DNA of 64,000 nt. It comes from Candidatus Azobacteroides sp. GTDB taxonomy: Bacteria > Bacteroidota > Bacteroidia > Bacteroidales > WRGA01. Within the stretch, counting starts at the first letter, position 1; every line of letters starts with the position of its first letter. The notes under the pieces were generated by a model. It searched no databases. It saw only the letters and a list, made by a program, of their open reading frames with translations, and was not told where the DNA came from. Location: the NCBI GenBank assembly GCA_021201815.1, contig JAJQEC010000056.1, positions 5,926 to 69,925 of the forward strand. Reading direction: 5' to 3'. Positions 60,120 through 64,000 of the stretch are shown here, one piece after another. The translations under genes and the position numbers were made by a program.

Positions 60120-61169
60120 ATGGAATATGAACGTTTAAGAAATAAATTAAAAACAGTTACGGTTTCTGCACCCTGGAATACCACGCCGAAAGAAATTGTC
60201 CATTTGGCCGGATGGAGTCGTAGAAGCTGGCATCTGATTGAAGATATTGAATTCTTACTGGCGGAATATGACCTGGTATCTTACCCTGCTTTTTCCAATA
60301 CCTATTCAAATGGACAAATTGTGATCAGTAAAAAAACGGAAGAGGCTGAAAATATAAAAGTGAATGATACCCATCCTTTGGTGTGCCATATCAATGAAAG
60401 AGGCATTTCCAGTTGTGATCCTATTCCGAGGTTAAGCCGGCTACGTTCTGCCAATTTACGTTCTATGGAAGACAGAAATCACACTGCTCTTGTATCCATT
60501 AATCGGGAAGCAACCATTGAAGAAGCCATAACCCTGATGATAAAGTTTAATTATTCCCAACTTCCCATTATGAATGGAAACAGAAAAGTAGAAGGATTGG
60601 TAAGCTGGAAATCAATAGGGAAAGCCAAATGTTTAGGGAAAAACCTTATGCGGGTGTATGATTGCCGGGAGGAAGTAGAAATCGTAAGTATTAATACTCC
60701 GTTGCTGGAGGTTGTGGAAAAAGTATTGAAAAAAGAAGTAATATTAGTAAGGGACACCGATGAAGTCATTTGTGGAATCATTACAGCCACGGATATTACA
60801 GAGCAATTTCTTACGCAGGCAGAACCTTTTTTCCTGATTGAACAGATTGAAAAGTTACTGCGCATTATCCTGATGCGTTCTTCTGTTTCCATAGAGGAAA
60901 TGAAATCTTTGCTGGACCCGGAGAAACTGGACAAAGAAATAAGAGGAGTTTCTGATTTTACTTTCGGACAGTATTTATTGATCCTGGAAAATGAAAATAT
61001 GTTCCTGAAAATGAATTTGACTGCCTGCAGGATAAGGTTGCTGGAGTATTTAAGGAAAATTAATGAGATCAGAAATGATGTCATGCATTTCAACGTAGAT
61101 GAAACATCAGAAGAAGATGTCCGGCATTTGAGGGAAACTCTTCATCTATTATCAGAGATAATGGGATAA
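60120..61169 (+). CDS. N-terminal unknown domain + CBS pair + C-terminal HEPN-like domain (Rx4H)
   Basis: The CBS pair spans roughly residues 115-230 (ATIEEAITLMIKFNYSQLPIMNGNRKVEGLVS...NTPLLEVVEKVLKKEVILVRDTDEVICGIITATDI). The all-helical C-terminus FFLIEQIEKLLRIIL...FTFGQYLLIL...LEYLRKINEIRNDVMHF carries R318-N-D-V-M-H323 (nt 61071-61088). Start taken at ATG 60120, because the track start at 60081 is TTG. Confidence 0.7.
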   Translation: MEYERLRNKLKTVTVSAPWNTTPKEIVHLAGWSRRSWHLIEDIEFLLAEYDLVSYPAFSNTYSNGQIVISKKTEEAENIKVNDTHPLVCHINERGISSCDPIPRLSRLRSANLRSMEDRNHTALVSINREATIEEAITLMIKFNYSQLPIMNGNRKVEGLVSWKSIGKAKCLGKNLMRVYDCREEVEIVSINTPLLEVVEKVLKKEVILVRDTDEVICGIITATDITEQFLTQAEPFFLIEQIEKLLRIILMRSSVSIEEMKSLLDPEKLDKEIRGVSDFTFGQYLLILENENMFLKMNLTACRIRLLEYLRKINEIRNDVMHFNVDETSEEDVRHLRETLHLLSEIMG

Positions 61170-61309
61170 ATGAATCTTTTTATTTTTCGTATCTACTTGT
61201 GAATGTGACTTTTCTACTTTTATCTCTTTTGAAAAATATTTATTAACTATTCAGAATTATTATTACAAGAACAAATTCATTTTCTTTGTACTGTAAAATT
61301 TTATATCCT

Positions 61310-61927
61310 ATGGAAGAATTTTTGAATGAAGGACAAGATCCTAAAACGATAGAGAAAATATATCATCGTCTGGAAGACTTATTACTTCCGGAAGAACACT
61401 TGCTATATATTGCTGTTCAGAAAAAACCGGCTGTGACTATTTCTCCCAACAGTGTAGCGCTAACGGACCGGCGACTCATTCTTTTTAAATCAAAAAGCCT
61501 GGGATTATTAATGGATTTTGAAGAATATCTGTGGTCTACTATTTTTAATTTTACTATAAAAGAAACAATTTTCGGTGCGGATTTTACTTTTAAAACTACC
61601 TACGGACTGGAAATTAAAGTAGATTATTTACCAAAAGCTCAGGCAAGAAAGTTATACCAAATTTCCCAACAGCAGAAAATAAACCGGGAAGAAGCCGAAG
61701 AACCAGTACAAAATCCGACTTCCATAACTGAAAAGGAAGAACCATTATCTGAGTCAGTCTCTCCACAGGAAAAAATAATAGAAGAAATTAAGAATCCTGA
61801 AATTGAGGAAGCGCACGAAGAAGACCTGATGAAAGCTTTGCAGAAACTAAAAACGCTTTTAGACAATGGACTTATTACCCAACAGGATTATGACGAGAAA
61901 AAAGCCGAAATTTTATCGCAATTGTAG
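61310..61927 (+). CDS. bacterial PH (bPH, YokE-like) domain + acidic linker + SHOCT domain protein
   Basis: bPH pattern LLPEEHLLYIAV...VALTDRRLILFKSKSLG...FNFTIKETIFGADFTFKT. C-terminal SHOCT pattern LQKLKTLLDNGLITQQDYDEKKAEIL. Start taken at ATG 61310. Confidence 0.7.
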   Translation: MEEFLNEGQDPKTIEKIYHRLEDLLLPEEHLLYIAVQKKPAVTISPNSVALTDRRLILFKSKSLGLLMDFEEYLWSTIFNFTIKETIFGADFTFKTTYGLEIKVDYLPKAQARKLYQISQQQKINREEAEEPVQNPTSITEKEEPLSESVSPQEKIIEEIKNPEIEEAHEEDLMKALQKLKTLLDNGLITQQDYDEKKAEILSQL

Positions 61928-62194
61928 TATAGGAACAAAAATCAGGATTTTTTATAGGATGGACATAGAAAATCGGTTATCTTAAATCAAAAAAGGTACC
62001 GATAGTTATCCTTAAAAAAGAACAGAAAAAATTTGCTTTTACTGCAAAAACAATTATATCTTACATACGTGGTTAACAGGGATATTCTCTCCTTTATAAG
62101 TAGAAATTAAAGGATATACCCATGTAGAAAAGTTATACCGAAAGAATATTCGGAGTTTCCACAAAATAAAAAAATCTCTTCTTTAATATTTCAC

Positions 62195-62392
62195 CGTTCA
62201 ACCAAAGGTAAACATTCGCTCAACCAACGATAGACGAACGCCCAAGCAACGGTAAACGAACGTTCAACCTGCGTTGGGCGATAACATCTTCCTTTCATTT
62301 GTATAACATTGTCCTTTCAATTACACGACTATAAGCAGTCGTTTATATAACATCAGCTTTATATTTTTCTTACATTAAGCAGTCAAAAAAGT
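62195..62392. repeat. nine consecutive 22-nt phased units (degenerate tandem array)
   Basis: In a 22-nt register from 62195 the units read CGTTCAACCAAAGGTAAACATT / CGCTCAACCAACGATAGACGAA / CGCCCAAGCAACGGTAAACGAA / CGTTCAACCTGCGTTGGGCGAT / AACATCTTCCTTTCATTTGTAT / AACATTGTCCTTTCAATTACAC / GACTATAAGCAGTCGTTTATAT / AACATCAGCTTTATATTTTTCT / TACATTAAGCAGTCAAAAAAGT. Confidence 0.8.
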
Positions 62393-62478
62393 GTGGATCG
62401 ATTTTATGTACATAATCATATATTTGATATCAGGTAAAATATGTTGGAAATAAAAAGAATAAAAGTAATCCAAGCAAT

Positions 62479-62508
62479 CCGTTTTTGACTTATTTTGTTC
62501 AAAAACGG
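62479..62508. other. perfect 10-bp hairpin (terminator-like, strand uncertain)
   Basis: Stem ccgtttttga (62479-62488) / tcaaaaacgg (62499-62508) with a 10-nt loop. The plus-strand reading is followed by CTATTTTC. Confidence 0.45.
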
Positions 62509-62630
62509 CTATTTTCAATAAAAGAAAATGATAATATATTTTTTAGGTATTAGAGATAAATATCATAAATTCAGTAAATTGATCTTGAATATCTTTTAAG
62601 GTAAAGTCTGACTATTCTTAACTCTATCAA

Positions 62631-64000
62631 TTATTTTTTCCAGAAGCCGGGGAGGAAGATTATTAAAAGGGTGAATAATTCCAGCCTTCCTACGATCATA
62701 TCAAAACACAACACCCATTTTGCAAAAACCGGAAGAGAAGCATAAGACCCGGAAGGACCGGTTTGGCCTAAACCCGGACCGGTATTTCCCACACAGGAAA
62801 TGACAGAGCCAATTGACTCTTCAAAACCAACACCGGAAATGGTAAGAAGAAGGGTACTTATGACAAGAACTCCTACATATACCAGAGCAAAAATCATCAC
62901 ATTTTCCATTACATCCTGAGGAATAACAATTTTATTAATCCTTACCGGTAAGATAGCACGAGGATGAATCTGACGGTTAAATTCATTTAAAATATTCTTT
63001 ACCAATGTTCCGGAACGTACTATTTTCATCCCTCCACTCGTAGAACCGGCACAGGCACCGGAAACCATCAACATTAACATTAAAATCCAGAAAAATGGTC
63101 CCCAGGAGATGTAATCGGATGTAGAAAAGCCTGAAGAAGTAATAATGGAGGTGACCTGAAAAAAAGAATCCCGAAAAGTGTTTTCTATATTTCCACTTTC
63201 TATTGGCTGAGAAATAAGTAGACCCATAAATACCACAAAGGTAAATCCTCCTATAGTCCAGATATACCATTTAAACTCATCATCCTGTTTCATGCGTTTA
63301 AAATCCATGTGAAAAGCATGGTAGATAATGATAAAGTTGGTACCACCCAGAAACATAAAGGCAATAAGAATATACTCGATATAAGCAGAATCCCAGAACA
63401 AAATGCTTTCCTGTTTGGTAGAAAATCCACCTGTTGACACAGTTGTCAGGGAGTGACAAACCGCATCAAAGAATTCCATTGGACCCAACCATAATAAGAG
63501 AAAAAGAATAAAAGTCAGTCCTAAATAAATAAGCCATAATTGTTGTGCTGTCTCTTTTATTCGAGGGCGTATTTTTTCATAAGTGATTCCCGGAACTTCA
63601 GCTCTGTAAAGATGCATTCCACTTCCTCCGAAGAAAGGTAAAAGGACTAAAGTAACGACAATAATACCAATTCCTCCCAGCCATTGAAGAATACTTCTCC
63701 AGAACAGTAAACTTTTAGGCAAAAATTCAATGTTGTCAAGCACGGAAGCACCGGTAGTTGTAAAACCGGAAATTACTTCGAAATAAGCATTTGTAAAATC
63801 AGGAATATAATTGCTCAGATAAAAAGGCAGTAAACCGAAAAAAGAAAAAATAATCCAGATAGTCGCTACAATAAAGAAGGATTCCCTCCTACCCGCTTCT
63901 TCACTGGCTTTTTTCCCTATCAGGAAAAATACAAGTCCGGTTCCGGCCGTAATTCCGATAGACAACAAAAAAGTTTGCCAGATAGGTTCTTTGTAAATCC
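62631..64000 (-). CDS. trkH: TrkH-family potassium uptake protein (partial, N-terminus beyond window end)
   Basis: Polytopic membrane protein with repeated TrkH blocks (GFTTTGASV, TTVSTGGFST, ITSSGFST, GNTGPGLG). The frame stays open upstream of the track's TTG start through position 64000. Confidence 0.88.
   Translation of the reverse strand, partial: IYKEPIWQTFLLSIGITAGTGLVFFLIGKKASEEAGRRESFFIVATIWIIFSFFGLLPFYLSNYIPDFTNAYFEVISGFTTTGASVLDNIEFLPKSLLFWRSILQWLGGIGIIVVTLVLLPFFGGSGMHLYRAEVPGITYEKIRPRIKETAQQLWLIYLGLTFILFLLLWLGPMEFFDAVCHSLTTVSTGGFSTKQESILFWDSAYIEYILIAFMFLGGTNFIIIYHAFHMDFKRMKQDDEFKWYIWTIGGFTFVVFMGLLISQPIESGNIENTFRDSFFQVTSIITSSGFSTSDYISWGPFFWILMLMLMVSGACAGSTSGGMKIVRSGTLVKNILNEFNRQIHPRAILPVRINKIVIPQDVMENVMIFALVYVGVLVISTLLLTISGVGFEESIGSVISCVGNTGPGLGQTGPSGSYASLPVFAKWVLCFDMIVGRLELFTLLIIFLPGFWKK

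Noticed and set aside
60551-61093. 180-aa antisense ORF inside the CBS-HEPN gene
   Set aside because: Its Ser/Phe/Ile-rich low-complexity sequence is the mirror of an AT-rich coding strand. The sense frame has recognisable CBS and Rx4H motifs.
62195-62392. CRISPR array interpretation of the 22-nt repeats
   Set aside because: The units are contiguous with no unique spacers, they are degenerate, and no cas genes are present in the window.

Overview
AT-rich segment (roughly one-third G+C by eye, not computed) that reads like a Bacteroidota, Bacteroidales-type, chromosome. Supporting signs are TTTG / TAnnTTTG promoter elements, type A and type B T9SS sorting domains, BamD, a SPOR/HU-fold protein and an HU_HIG-like protein. 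About 50 intact CDS are mostly housekeeping: carB (partial), rimM, dcp, rpoZ, bamD, galE, a complete Na+-NQR operon nqrA-F, uvrA, dnaN, a DnaQ-like exonuclease, coaBC, sodB, DUF1015-serA-serC and trkH (partial). I recognised no rRNA, tRNA, CRISPR array, transposase or integrase. Gene decay is frequent. tpx is split by a +1 shift in a homopolymer, a NodU/CmcH carbamoyltransferase is shattered into at least 5 frames, and there are a GH2 fragment, an EamA-like fragment and a short BatD-like ORF. The best candidate for an undescribed system is a three-gene accessory insert between serC and trkH (59.3-61.9 kb). It holds a minimal single-HKD (PLD-superfamily) nuclease, divergently paired with a protein combining an N-terminal domain, a CBS pair and a C-terminal HEPN-like domain with an Rx4H motif, followed by a bPH+SHOCT protein. 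This insert is bordered by about 700 bp of non-coding DNA with a strict 22-nt phased repeat structure. Other observations: four 22-bp-phased palindromic TTTAGTACTA boxes beside an HU-like gene inside a gene-decay zone; an unknown secreted protein gene inserted between nqrA and nqrB; a perfect 33-bp-stem hairpin abutting the DUF1015 stop codon; an APH-kinase::RapZ-C fusion; and an approximately 86-aa tail on Dcp. All family assignments come from motif recognition by eye. No database search or computation was run.
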